From positions 32,001 through 96,000 of the IMG/VR virus record IMGVR_UViG_3300014059_000970: a stretch of DNA of 64,000 nucleotides; one strand, given 5' to 3'. A program made the translations under genes and the position numbers. Below the pieces are notes generated by a model. That model saw only the letters and a program-made list of their open reading frames with translations, ran no database searches and was not told the DNA's origin. The stretch is from a virus. Its lineage: Duplodnaviria > Caudoviricetes. Below are positions 1 through 9,723 of the stretch, one piece after another (positions within the stretch are counted from its first letter, which is position 1; each line of letters begins with the position of its first letter).

Positions 1-186
1 AACTTTTACAGAAGTCTCTGGTAGGGCGTTTTCTAAAATCGCATCATCTTCAGACTCCAATTCTCGTAGTTTAGCTACTACAGAACTTTTGGGAGTTAGA
101 GAATCCGCTTCCTCTCTTGTTACTCCGTATTCATTTACTAACAAATCTCTTAACTCTGAAACCGACTTTGACGTTGTGTCAATCAT
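1..186 (-). CDS. hypothetical protein, N-terminal part (runs off window)
   Basis: Own translation from ATG 186: MIDTTSKSVSELRDLLVNEYG..., open to position 1; overlaps the stop of the upstream gene. Confidence 0.7.
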   Translation of the reverse strand, partial: MIDTTSKSVSELRDLLVNEYGVTREEADSLTPKSSVVAKLRELESEDDAILENALPETSVKV

Positions 187-994
187 ATTTATCTCCTAGT
201 ACAATTCTTCGTTCACCCAGTTCTGGGAATTTAGTTCCTATTTTATTTAATATTTCGACTAAATCAGATACGAGTCTCAGTCCATAGGTTTTGGATAGAT
301 TCTTTTTCTGCCTTAATCTAATGATGCAACAGCCAGCATTGAGCAAAAGACCGTCCTTAATATTATCCGTTTTTTGGGTCTTCTTTAAGTGTTCTTCTCC
401 CCAAATTGGCTCAAAATGCGTTGGACCGTCAATTTCAACGGCGGTATTTAGTTTTGGCAGCCAAATGTCCAAGTGAACCTTTTCGTTAAGTAGACTTTGT
501 TCTTTGTGAAACTCTACTTGAAAACCACGATTAAGAAGTTCTGCGACAACAAAGTGTTCTAATTTAGACCCATCTTTTGCTACCTGTAATCTCTTTTTTG
601 TAGCCTTTTGTTGCATTTCTTCAATTTGAAGGGCCGACCTATTATTCCAGTTTTCCCTAGCAATTTCAGAACGCCTCTCCCTTTCTTCGTCAGAAATGTC
701 TTCCCACTTATTTGCTACTGACTGCCCTATCTTTATTTTTTCTTCTTCGGTCCTTTGTCTTCCAGCAGTAGGATGTTCTACTCTTCCATTTGCTAATGCT
801 AGAGCTTGGGCTTCTGACCTATTCCTAAATTGAAATCCAATCTTGGAAGCATGACGGCGAACCTTATTTGCATAGGTTCCGTATCTATCTCCAATTTGCG
901 CCGTTGTTAACCCGGCCACATTATGACATTCATTCAATATAGCCTTTTGTAGCTCAACATCAAGTGCTAAAAAGTCGTTCCAGTTGTTTACCAT
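179..994 (-). CDS. putative homing endonuclease: NUMOD3-like repeats plus Vsr/DUF559-like nuclease
   Basis: GRQRTEEEKIKIGQS repeats; HLDIW...AVEIDGPTH...KDGLL; ATG 994 preceded by GAGGA. Confidence 0.75.
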   Translation of the reverse strand: MVNNWNDFLALDVELQKAILNECHNVAGLTTAQIGDRYGTYANKVRRHASKIGFQFRNRSEAQALALANGRVEHPTAGRQRTEEEKIKIGQSVANKWEDISDEERERRSEIARENWNNRSALQIEEMQQKATKKRLQVAKDGSKLEHFVVAELLNRGFQVEFHKEQSLLNEKVHLDIWLPKLNTAVEIDGPTHFEPIWGEEHLKKTQKTDNIKDGLLLNAGCCIIRLRQKKNLSKTYGLRLVSDLVEILNKIGTKFPELGERRIVLGDKYD

Positions 995-1403
995 TAAAGT
1001 CCTCAATTATTAATTCTGGTTCATGCCATGTGCTTGCTAGTATATCAAACCTATCTTGATTTCTAGCTATTAACTTATTACTAAATACTTTTCGTAACAT
1101 ATCAATAGGGTATGGCTGATAAATATACTCTAAATCCCATGGGTAATAGTATTTAACATTATCACCCATCATATTATTCATTACATTTGCTGTAAATATA
1201 TCTGTTGCAATAATTTTGCCGTCATACAAATAACCATAAAGTAGTTCTACGACAGGAAAATTAATTTTGTTTGGTATTGGGCCGGGCTCACAATAAAAAA
1301 CCGTAATGTTAATCTGGCTTGATAACTTATTTAGTTCAGCCGTCATACTTAAGAATTTTTGTGAATGGTCGGGCTTATCTATTAGAATTGCTAAGTTTTT
1401 CAA
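960..1403 (-). CDS. hypothetical protein, possibly glycosyltransferase-related
   Basis: 147 aa ORF in the GT cluster; IATD...YYYPWDLE resembles GT-B N-terminal halves. Confidence 0.55.
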   Translation of the reverse strand: MKNLAILIDKPDHSQKFLSMTAELNKLSSQINITVFYCEPGPIPNKINFPVVELLYGYLYDGKIIATDIFTANVMNNMMGDNVKYYYPWDLEYIYQPYPIDMLRKVFSNKLIARNQDRFDILASTWHEPELIIEDFNGKQLERLFST

Positions 1404-2076
1404 TTATTATTTGTCCTAGTTTATTTTCTGTGATTAAATTCTTCTTTTGAGATAGTACCATCGCGTCCCTATCTTTTTTTGAAAGTTCAAGTAGCTCAAT
1501 TGGATTTGGATGGTTATAGACGGATAAAATATTGTTATAAACTAATGAGTCTGACATTATTCTATTTGTACAGATTGTAAGTTTAGAAGACTTGCTCAAT
1601 TTAACTAAATCTTGCTGTGTGCCTAAACCCACATATCCTGGACAATTAATAAACGCGCCTATTATTTTTACTCTATACTTTTTATGTAGTTTATTATATA
1701 TGTCGTGTACAAACTCTTGGTTGTTGCCGTCAAATCCAATTACTATGTCCGATTCAAGTTCTTTGCTTGGAAGTTCGGGCTTGTACTTCATTGTATTCGC
1801 AAAACCAGGCAGATTCATCTCAAAGTTGTCTGGAAAGCGAATTTTTTCTCTTCCAAGGATAATTGTTTTCGGATTGGTTTTCTTCCTGAAATTATCAATC
1901 TCTGGTATTAGGGCAGAAGGCTCTGGTAAAACTAGAAAGTCGGGATTTTGTTCCTGAAATGCCCTATGAATATTTCTGTCAAATCCGGCGACCTGTTGGC
2001 CGTTAGTTCCAAATCCATTAGCTACGCCGTCTAGTTCTTCTCTATAAAAACTGTCTATACAAATCAAAAATTTCAT
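1375..2076 (-). CDS. hypothetical protein, divergent GT-B-like
   Basis: 233 aa; NPDFLV, GFANT, SDIV, YVG...DLVKLSKSSK pattern; in GT cluster. Confidence 0.5.
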   Translation of the reverse strand: MKFLICIDSFYREELDGVANGFGTNGQQVAGFDRNIHRAFQEQNPDFLVLPEPSALIPEIDNFRKKTNPKTIILGREKIRFPDNFEMNLPGFANTMKYKPELPSKELESDIVIGFDGNNQEFVHDIYNKLHKKYRVKIIGAFINCPGYVGLGTQQDLVKLSKSSKLTICTNRIMSDSLVYNNILSVYNHPNPIELLELSKKDRDAMVLSQKKNLITENKLGQIIIEKLSNSNR

Positions 2077-2756
2077 ATTTGTTCCATTAATTTTAAATCA
2101 TATGAAGAGTCTATATCAATAGCCCTTCCGTTAATCGGCTCGAATACTTTAAATATTCCGCCACGAGTTATTATATCGTTGATTGCTTCAAAGCCAAACC
2201 AATAAGATGTTTTTTCTTGTTTAAGTATTTGCTTTAAGATGTCCAGCTCTGGTCCGGTGAAAAAGGCAATTTGCGCCCATTTTGTTGGAATTTTATAGAA
2301 GACGTTTTCTAAAACTCCGTTATTGTAAATACATCCAACTTCTTCATCTTTCATTATAGAAGACACGACAACGGCAGACTCTTTATTAAATGGCAGGTCT
2401 ATACACTGTTTGTTAAATACAAGGTCGCCATATACTACTAATACTTTATTTGTCTTTGCCTTTTTTAGACCCAGTCCAATACTATATAACACATTGGTTG
2501 ACTCGTAATCTTTATTATAGATAAAGCGCACATTCTTTACATCTGACGATAACTTATCAAATTGATATCCACCAACTACAATAATCTCACAGTGCCTAAA
2601 GCACGAGTTAATAATCTCTATCTGTTTTGATAGGATTGTGTGTTCATCATTAATTTTAACTAAAGACTTTGGACCATAAATTTTCATTCTTTTGCCAAGA
2701 CCGGCTGCTGGAATTATTATTGTGTATTTGTCTCTATAAGAAGGCCTGGATTCCAT
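2073..2756 (-). CDS. NTP transferase (LicC-like or sugar-phosphate nucleotidyltransferase)
   Basis: IIIPAAGLGKRMK..GPKSL, NKDYESTN, YGDLVF, C-terminal IDIDS. Confidence 0.85.
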   Translation of the reverse strand: MESRPSYRDKYTIIIPAAGLGKRMKIYGPKSLVKINDEHTILSKQIEIINSCFRHCEIIVVGGYQFDKLSSDVKNVRFIYNKDYESTNVLYSIGLGLKKAKTNKVLVVYGDLVFNKQCIDLPFNKESAVVVSSIMKDEEVGCIYNNGVLENVFYKIPTKWAQIAFFTGPELDILKQILKQEKTSYWFGFEAINDIITRGGIFKVFEPINGRAIDIDSSYDLKLMEQI

Positions 2757-3121
2757 GAAAAAATAACTTTTGGTATATGTATTCCTATTTCTTGACTTAA
2801 TAACTGTAATAGTAATTCACTGATATTTTCCTTGTCTCCAGCTAGAGGAATCTGCGTTCTAACAAATATAGGAGAGTTTAAGTTAAATCCCTTATGAATA
2901 ATATCTGGACAGAATGAGGGGTTATATCTAATAACTTCATATCCATTATGTATTTCCTTTATGTCTCCATATAGAACTTTATTAATTGTGGTTTGAAAGG
3001 TGTCCTCTATTATTTTTCTATTAAGAACGCTAAAGCCATCGGGAACCAATCCGTAAATAACATTAGGATTTGGATTTTTCAGTAAATCGAGAAACTCTTT
3101 AATTGTTTTTACAATATGCAT
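2717..3121 (-). CDS. hypothetical protein
   Basis: 134 aa ORF overlapping its neighbours in the operon. Confidence 0.55.
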   Translation of the reverse strand: MHIVKTIKEFLDLLKNPNPNVIYGLVPDGFSVLNRKIIEDTFQTTINKVLYGDIKEIHNGYEVIRYNPSFCPDIIHKGFNLNSPIFVRTQIPLAGDKENISELLLQLLSQEIGIHIPKVIFSWNPGLLIETNTQ

Positions 3122-3813
3122 TTTTGTTTATTTCTTTCTAGTCTTAACATTAGTAAAAACTTTTTAGTATATTCAAAGTAATAGCTATTATATATATATG
3201 GAGATATCAACATCATTGCTTGTTTCTTATTTTCTGCATATGAAAATTTCAACAGCTCTTCTTGTATCTTTTTAGTAATTACTTTTGGCCACTTGTTGTT
3301 AACTTCTGGAAATCCGTTTATGATAAGAAGAAATTCTCGCCTGTTATAGTTCTTAAATATAATGTGCCAGCTATCGTCTTCTAATTCAAAATGAATGTTC
3401 CACTTTATACCAGAACCCTCTAAAGTCTCTTTAACTAACTCCATTAGCTTTTCGTTTTTATCTGGATTGTCTTTGACGATTACATATAGTTCTTTTGGAG
3501 GATTATCAAAACGCCTAATTTTATTTAGGGAGTCCTTTAGGATTTCTCCTTCTAGGAATAAAACTATAGGAATATATTGTATTAGGTTTTCTTTTTGTAT
3601 TTTTTGAACTAGGTCGGTTGTATCCTTTTGCTCTTCTAACCAAGACTCTGGTCTATAATATGGACAAACAAAGTCTTTTATAACCGTGCCGTTTTCTGTT
3701 CGTATGACTTTTAGACCTTTTTCTCTATAGAATTGAGCCCTACCAATACGACAATCAATTTTATCATTGTAAAAGATACATCCCTTACAGTTCGTGTCTG
3801 GTGGTGCAAACAT
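3109..3813 (-). CDS. hypothetical protein with Cys-rich N-terminus
   Basis: CKGC..C..C metal-binding pattern; operon context. Confidence 0.65.
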   Translation of the reverse strand: MFAPPDTNCKGCIFYNDKIDCRIGRAQFYREKGLKVIRTENGTVIKDFVCPYYRPESWLEEQKDTTDLVQKIQKENLIQYIPIVLFLEGEILKDSLNKIRRFDNPPKELYVIVKDNPDKNEKLMELVKETLEGSGIKWNIHFELEDDSWHIIFKNYNRREFLLIINGFPEVNNKWPKVITKKIQEELLKFSYAENKKQAMMLISPYIYNSYYFEYTKKFLLMLRLERNKQKCIL

Positions 3814-4132
3814 AATGACAATTGTCTCTCTTTGTTGATATTGTCTTGAAGTTAAATTGGGCCAAAAAGCGCTTAATATTATCTAGGGTGTCCATTGACT
3901 TCACCGCACCAATCATTGAGTTAATCTCATCTATAGATTTTGAAGAATCTGAAACAGCCCTAGCAAAATCAAATACCTCTATACCAATTATCGTCAATGT
4001 TCCACCAATTGCAAATTTCGGTAATATTTGCTGTATTACATTGTATTTCTCTTTAAGCTCAAGTGGGTCTAAATTAACTGTCGCGTTATTCACAGACCCG
4101 TCCGGTTGGGACAAAATTTCCTGAATGTTCAT
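3785..4132 (-). CDS. hypothetical protein
   Basis: 115 aa ORF with ATGA overlap with the upstream gene. Confidence 0.6.
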   Translation of the reverse strand: MNIQEILSQPDGSVNNATVNLDPLELKEKYNVIQQILPKFAIGGTLTIIGIEVFDFARAVSDSSKSIDEINSMIGAVKSMDTLDNIKRFLAQFNFKTISTKRDNCHYVCTTRHEL

Positions 4133-5079
4133 TCTATGTATACCCTAGAAGCATGCTTGCTAAGTTCCTCCCTCCATCTATTAATAAACATAGGCTGGCT
4201 AAACTTAGAATGCAAATTAGTTTTAAAATTACTAATCTTATTATATAGGGCTTTATCGAAAGATAGCTCTTTTATTTTGGAAATTATTTCTTCTTGGGTT
4301 GTAACTTGTATACAGTTGAGGTTTTGTTCTAATAGTCCTTGGTATATTGGCCACCCATATGTTACGATTGGCACGCTATTATTAAGAGCATATAATATAT
4401 CATAATTAATATCAGCCTGTGGAGCGGTATTGACGAATAACCTAGCCCTTCTAAAAAGACCTTTGTAATCTTCAAATGTTTCTACTTGACCGGCGTATGG
4501 TAGATTTGGATGATGTCCTATAAAAACGGCCGATGGGAAATTTTGTTTAATTAGATTTATAAGTCCCATATCATGCTGTAAAGATACGGTACAAAGTATA
4601 TCTATGTCTTTTTCGCTTTCCCAGTTTTTTGGAACTATGCCATAATTAATACAAGTGTCCGATTCATACTGTTGTTGAACATATTCTGACGTTGATATAT
4701 GTGGGAACGGAGTTAGTTGCTTATTCTTTTCTCTAAAAAACGCATTTTGATTGTTCTGGTCATGGTCAATAATAAGACCAGGCGCGTGCAACTGTCTGCA
4801 TATTTGGAAAAACTGATTATGGGCATGTCTGCTATTAAAGATAACAAGGTCTATATCAACATGGTGTACTTCGTTTAAATCCCTAAAAATATGTAGGTTT
4901 TTATATTCGGCCTTCATAAATCCAGGCCACTGATATGCCGACATGTCTAGACAACCATAAAAGTCGTGGCCGGTTTGTAATAATTCAACATCAAACTTGC
5001 CGTCATAGAAGAAGGTAAGAATGTTTAACTTGCCGTCTTTTTTTGTGGCTTTTCTTACTAAATTACTTATTATAGACAT
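4129..5079 (-). CDS. glycosyltransferase (GT-B/GT4-like)
   Basis: INYGI, LFRRARLFVNT, ILYALNNSVPIVT, FS..MFINRW C-terminal GT4 pattern. Confidence 0.8.
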   Translation of the reverse strand: MSIISNLVRKATKKDGKLNILTFFYDGKFDVELLQTGHDFYGCLDMSAYQWPGFMKAEYKNLHIFRDLNEVHHVDIDLVIFNSRHAHNQFFQICRQLHAPGLIIDHDQNNQNAFFREKNKQLTPFPHISTSEYVQQQYESDTCINYGIVPKNWESEKDIDILCTVSLQHDMGLINLIKQNFPSAVFIGHHPNLPYAGQVETFEDYKGLFRRARLFVNTAPQADINYDILYALNNSVPIVTYGWPIYQGLLEQNLNCIQVTTQEEIISKIKELSFDKALYNKISNFKTNLHSKFSQPMFINRWREELSKHASRVYIE

Positions 5080-6130
5080 CTAAACACTCCTTCATTTTAT
5101 TTGCAACTGTTTGATATGAAAATTTATCTAGAATAAATTGTCTAGTGTCGGACTTTTCACGACTTTTATATTCGTGTCGCATTGCGTCTTGTAGGTCAAG
5201 TATATCAATTTCCTGCCATGTTTCATTTCCAGTATATATGTGCGGTAATGGAGGATGCTTACAATCTATTGGAGTTTCAACACTATTTACTCCTATAAGA
5301 TTTGGATAAAAAATTGACATAGGAAATGTATTATTTGTGCAAATCACAGGATTATTAAAATAAAGGGCGTCCATAATAGGCATACAAAATGCCTCTCCAC
5401 GAGAAGGACAAACAAAACAATCACACATCTTATGTATTGAGTATATGTCTTGTTCAGATATGGCGCTTTTAATAATAATTTCTGGAATATATTCCTTTCT
5501 TAATCTGGCTCGCGTTCTCCATTCGTTTATTTCTCCAGCCAAGTCGGTTTCATTGGTCTTAATCAAAAGAGTTACGTCTTCTTGTGGACTAAATTCTCTA
5601 TGAAAAGCCTTAACTAGAGCTAGGATATTCTTACGCTCATTGTTCTCACCAATAAAGTAGAATATGTACTTGCCATCGGCCTCTTGTAAATTAAATGGCT
5701 CTGGTTCAGCAATAGGGGCTTTATATGGAATTGGAACAATGTTTATTTTTACCTTTACTCCACTAGATACAAGACTTTGCTTTTCCATTTCAGAGTTAAC
5801 CCATACTTCATCAAGTAGGTTTATCTTTTGGACCCAGCCGGTCTTTTGAAGATTTCTTGTTTCTGTAAAGAACACGCCTATATTATAGCAGTCGTGACTT
5901 TCTAATAGGTCTGGTAGAACATTTTGAATTAGAACATCTATCTTGTCTAATTTTGTATTTTCGGCAGCTTCTGCTCTTTTTGAAATCTTACCACCGTTGC
6001 CACCCATATATACGGGCCTTGCAGCAACTTTATGGCCGGTCATTAATAGGGCGTCTAGATACCTTCGAGCGGCGATACTCCAACCATCTGTGTCGGGGCC
6101 ACGATATTGTGCTAAAAATAATATATTCAT
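5063..6130 (-). CDS. glycosyltransferase family 4
   Basis: GWSIAARRY, RKNILALVKAF, CDCFVCPSRGEAFCMPIMDAL. Confidence 0.9.
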   Translation of the reverse strand: MNILFLAQYRGPDTDGWSIAARRYLDALLMTGHKVAARPVYMGGNGGKISKRAEAAENTKLDKIDVLIQNVLPDLLESHDCYNIGVFFTETRNLQKTGWVQKINLLDEVWVNSEMEKQSLVSSGVKVKINIVPIPYKAPIAEPEPFNLQEADGKYIFYFIGENNERKNILALVKAFHREFSPQEDVTLLIKTNETDLAGEINEWRTRARLRKEYIPEIIIKSAISEQDIYSIHKMCDCFVCPSRGEAFCMPIMDALYFNNPVICTNNTFPMSIFYPNLIGVNSVETPIDCKHPPLPHIYTGNETWQEIDILDLQDAMRHEYKSREKSDTRQFILDKFSYQTVANKMKECLDVYNK

Positions 6131-6849
6131 TGGTTATACTCTGTTATAATTTTACATATGCGTATTAGTTCGTCTTGACTATATACGCCCTTCATCATAT
6201 TAATCATTTTGTGGACCCACTGGACATTTCCAACTATATATCCTTTTTTATTATTAATTCTATCTAACGAAGCTGTTCTATCTGGTTGTTGGCCAAGTTC
6301 TAATTGAATACCAGATATGGCACATTTGCCGTTTTGTCTATCCCATAATTCTTGCAGATATTCAATGGTAATGTTAAATTCTTTATTTCTAGATACCGCT
6401 TCTCGTTTTAGAGTTGACCAAAACTTACCAGGAATATCTTTAAAACCAGCCCATCTTGGGTTTTTGTTTCCCTTAATATCTGGAATTTTTCTATATAGTG
6501 GTTTTTTACGATTTGTGTAGTCTACATTTCTTTCAATACATTTTGATTCACCACAACATTTAACATCTCCACATAATAATTCATGAGTAGTAACATTTCG
6601 TTTTTTTCCACATTCACATATACATTCGTTTTCATAGCTACCATTTTTCTTAGAATCGAGCCTTTTAACTACAAACAATTTATTTATAGTTTGCCCAGCT
6701 AGTTCTTTAATATTGTTTCGTTTTTCGCTAGAGATACGGCGATTAATGCTTTGTATAGAACAATTGTATATTTTTGAAATTTCTATTGTACTATAACCGT
6801 CTAAATACAATTGGTTAATTTCTTCAATAGGTAAATTTAATTTTTTCAT
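6127..6849 (-). CDS. HNH homing endonuclease with N-terminal HTH
   Basis: KCAISG...TASLDRINNKKGYIVGNVQWVHKMINMMK; CECG motif. Confidence 0.85.
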   Translation of the reverse strand: MKKLNLPIEEINQLYLDGYSTIEISKIYNCSIQSINRRISSEKRNNIKELAGQTINKLFVVKRLDSKKNGSYENECICECGKKRNVTTHELLCGDVKCCGESKCIERNVDYTNRKKPLYRKIPDIKGNKNPRWAGFKDIPGKFWSTLKREAVSRNKEFNITIEYLQELWDRQNGKCAISGIQLELGQQPDRTASLDRINNKKGYIVGNVQWVHKMINMMKGVYSQDELIRICKIITEYNQ

Positions 6850-6852
6850 TTT

Positions 6853-6917
6853 ATAACCATATAGGATAGTTTTGTATAACATATTGTACACCGATTGTTG
6901 ATTCTCTATACAGTTAT
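6853..6917 (-). promoter_or_regulatory. 12-bp hairpin over the HNH translation initiation region, with GGTGTACAAT promoter-like motif in the loop
   Basis: ATAACTGTATAG pairs with CTATATGGTTAT (2 GU), ending 3 nt before ATG. Confidence 0.65.
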
Positions 6918-6928
6918 TTAAATAAATT

Positions 6929-7600
6929 TTAACTAGATTCTTCCTCTTTAAAGCAGTTGCGAAATTTGTCTTTTCTAAATCCAGCCTTGAAATACTTTAG
7001 ACACCTAGAAATAATCATCGCTTCGTCAAATACGTCAGCCAAGGCGGTGTGGGCCGCACTTTTAGGCATTCCAAAATATTCTCGTAAACTATCCATCGAA
7101 CGACTTTTTAATGTACTGTCCCATACTAGTAATAAGTGGGCAATATGTCTTAAGTCTATAATCTCGTGATTAAATAGGCGCTTAATCTTAAATTTCTCAT
7201 TAAGTCTATTAGCTATAATAAGGTCGAAGTTAATAATGTTAACTCCACTAGCTATAGGGGCGTCGTATTGAGTCTTGCCCTTATTATACTTTTCAACGTG
7301 CTGTACGAACTGTGGCCATACAACTTCTAATAGTGGTGATTCTGACCACTTCTTTAATAGTTCTTCTTGAGTGCATCCACGAAGTTTACAGTGCCATGCT
7401 ATTGTTTTGATTCTATCGTCAGTTAAGTATGTAGCTAAATCGTCTATTCCTTCTGGACGAATATTTGAATTAAACTCACTACCGGGAATAATATCCAAAG
7501 TAAATGGGTCAATAATAACACAAGCCAGTTCTACAGGATTACATGTTTCTGGAGTTGGCAAATCTATTTCATAGTCAAACACACAAATTGGTTTTAACAT
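6929..7600 (-). CDS. DEDDh 3'-5' exonuclease (DnaQ/epsilon-like)
   Basis: VFDYE, GVNIINFD, IIDL, AHTALADV. Confidence 0.85.
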   Translation of the reverse strand: MLKPICVFDYEIDLPTPETCNPVELACVIIDPFTLDIIPGSEFNSNIRPEGIDDLATYLTDDRIKTIAWHCKLRGCTQEELLKKWSESPLLEVVWPQFVQHVEKYNKGKTQYDAPIASGVNIINFDLIIANRLNEKFKIKRLFNHEIIDLRHIAHLLLVWDSTLKSRSMDSLREYFGMPKSAAHTALADVFDEAMIISRCLKYFKAGFRKDKFRNCFKEEESS

Positions 7601-9270
7601 TAATTTCCTTTTTCTATTAAATGCGCGAATTCGATAAAGTCTGGATAATTTAATTGGTCCATACCAACCCTAGCTCGCTCTCCTAAAATCTTATTAGTTC
7701 CTAACGCCTTACATATATTATATATTGTCTCTCTATTAATTCCGTTAAAACCCTGTCCAGGATTTGTAAATCCTCCATTATTTAACCAAGAGAGCCATTG
7801 TACTCCAGTATAGTTATGTGCTAGCTGCGGATTCTTTGCTACTTCTGACGTTGCCCACAATATGAATTCTTTGTTTGTTAATCCTTCAATCATGTTTGGT
7901 ATGTTCATATCGCCTATTTGTATTGGAGCGTCCCACTTACCTTGTAGACCAGTTAATTTAATTGATTCAAAATGTGCCGTTAATTTATTTGCACAAATGT
8001 CCCAATCAAAATTCTTCTCGGCTCCTTCTCTAGCTGACCTACTGCGCTTTTCTTTATACTTTTTATCTAAAGACAGAAACTTATAGAAGGCTTCCGCTGC
8101 AAACTCATTATCTGGAGCAACCCTATCTGCCTTCATTTGTAAATCACGAGGAATGCTCGCTGGCTTTAATGGAATTCCATGTGTTAATTTTACACAGTCT
8201 TCCATTGCAGAATAATCTACAGAGGCAATTACCACCCCACAGGCCGCTGCTTCTAATTGGCCCAATCCAAGACCTTCGCAGTTAGCATATTGGACATATA
8301 AATCCATTGTATTATATGCGTCTACTAATTGGTCTTCTGTATATCCGTTTCCAACACTAGGAATCGCCGCATCTGGACTATTACTAAAGTGTGACCATAC
8401 TGGCGCACTTAATGGTCTTCCTCCTCCACAAAACTTGGACACGAAATGTTTTCTTGTCCTATTGCAAACATAGCTAAAGTATACCCTATTCATTAGTCCG
8501 AATTCATTTAATAAATCGGGCAAGTCCCATCCGTTATCTGGATAGCTTGTGTGTAAATAAAGGTAGGTCTTTTTACCTATTTCTGTATTGCCGTACTTAT
8601 CTAGATAGATTCTAAATGCCTTGAATAATTCAGCAAATAACTTTCTTGGCTGATTACGCATTGTCGTGCCAATAATATAGGCGTCTTCTGGAAGGCCCAT
8701 TCTCTTTCTGGCTTCTATCTTGTCTTTTACTTTATAGATTTTTGTATCTACGCCGGGGTATAATGCCCCTAAAGGATTGAATCCATACTTTCGTAGATAT
8801 GGAATGCACCAGTCCGCATAAGTAAACATTGAGTCTGAATCTTTAAAATTATCAAACCAACTTACTTGTTGTGGAATACTATCGCATGTATATGATGTGC
8901 AAAAGTGAAAGAACTTCCTAAATGGAGAAGAATGAACGTGGTTAGCGTTCCACGGGTCTTGGAAGGTAAAAACAATATCTGGCTTGAAATCTAAAGCTAT
9001 ACGGTCAAATCTCCAAGCTCCATAGCAATTATTTTGTGCGTTAGAATTAAAAAAATCAAATTCTGGATGGCCGGGCCTTACTGCAACCGGGTAGCACTTC
9101 CATTTAACATGAGAATAATCGCTGTCTTCTATTGCTCCAAAACCAGATAGCTCTGCTACCTCAAACTTATCATTAGCAACTAGGCGAGGAATTAGTTCTC
9201 TACCTATCTTACCAAAACCACTTTTTGCAGAAGAAATTTCTGTGTGGAATAATATCTTTATCTTTTTCAT
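7600..9270 (-). CDS. glycosyltransferase family 4
   Basis: SGFGKIGREL, MRNQPRKLF, YNTMDLYVQYANCEGLGLGQLEAAACG. Confidence 0.9.
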   Translation of the reverse strand: MKKIKILFHTEISSAKSGFGKIGRELIPRLVANDKFEVAELSGFGAIEDSDYSHVKWKCYPVAVRPGHPEFDFFNSNAQNNCYGAWRFDRIALDFKPDIVFTFQDPWNANHVHSSPFRKFFHFCTSYTCDSIPQQVSWFDNFKDSDSMFTYADWCIPYLRKYGFNPLGALYPGVDTKIYKVKDKIEARKRMGLPEDAYIIGTTMRNQPRKLFAELFKAFRIYLDKYGNTEIGKKTYLYLHTSYPDNGWDLPDLLNEFGLMNRVYFSYVCNRTRKHFVSKFCGGGRPLSAPVWSHFSNSPDAAIPSVGNGYTEDQLVDAYNTMDLYVQYANCEGLGLGQLEAAACGVVIASVDYSAMEDCVKLTHGIPLKPASIPRDLQMKADRVAPDNEFAAEAFYKFLSLDKKYKEKRSRSAREGAEKNFDWDICANKLTAHFESIKLTGLQGKWDAPIQIGDMNIPNMIEGLTNKEFILWATSEVAKNPQLAHNYTGVQWLSWLNNGGFTNPGQGFNGINRETIYNICKALGTNKILGERARVGMDQLNYPDFIEFAHLIEKGN

Positions 9271-9282
9271 TATGACCTTAAA

Positions 9283-9324
9283 TAAAAATAGTGGGGACAG
9301 ACACCATCGTCAGCCCCACTATTT
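9283..9324 (-). terminator. intrinsic terminator after ssb
   Basis: AAATAGTGGGG...CCCCACTATTT stem followed by T-rich tail. Confidence 0.75.
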
Positions 9325-9326
9325 AA

Positions 9327-9713
9327 TTAAAATGGGATGTCTGCTCCGTCGCCCTTACTATTTCCAACACCAGCTAATTCTGGTTCTGGCTCTTGAACAC
9401 TTCCGGTGTCCTTCTTATAGCCACTAAAAACAGTAAGCCTATTGGCATTAACAACTATCTTACTTCTCTTACTGCCGTCAGACTCCCATCTTTCTTGACG
9501 TAGTTCTCCTTCTACTAGAACCGCGTCTCCCTTTGATGGAACCTTCTTACCCCATGACTTAACATCAAAATAATCGGTTTCATCTACCCATTGGTCGCCC
9601 TTCTTAACTCTACGATTAACCGCTACCCCAAACTCTACCACGCTGTTGCCACTTGCAAAAGTCTTAACTTCTGCGTCTCTTGTGACATTTCCTTGTAATT
9701 GAACACTGTTCAT
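9327..9713 (-). CDS. ssb: single-stranded DNA-binding protein
   Basis: MNSVQLQGNVTRDAE, VEGELRQERWE, acidic DIPF tail. Confidence 0.95.
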   Translation of the reverse strand: MNSVQLQGNVTRDAEVKTFASGNSVVEFGVAVNRRVKKGDQWVDETDYFDVKSWGKKVPSKGDAVLVEGELRQERWESDGSKRSKIVVNANRLTVFSGYKKDTGSVQEPEPELAGVGNSKGDGADIPF

Positions 9714-9723
9714 CTTTGTCCTC

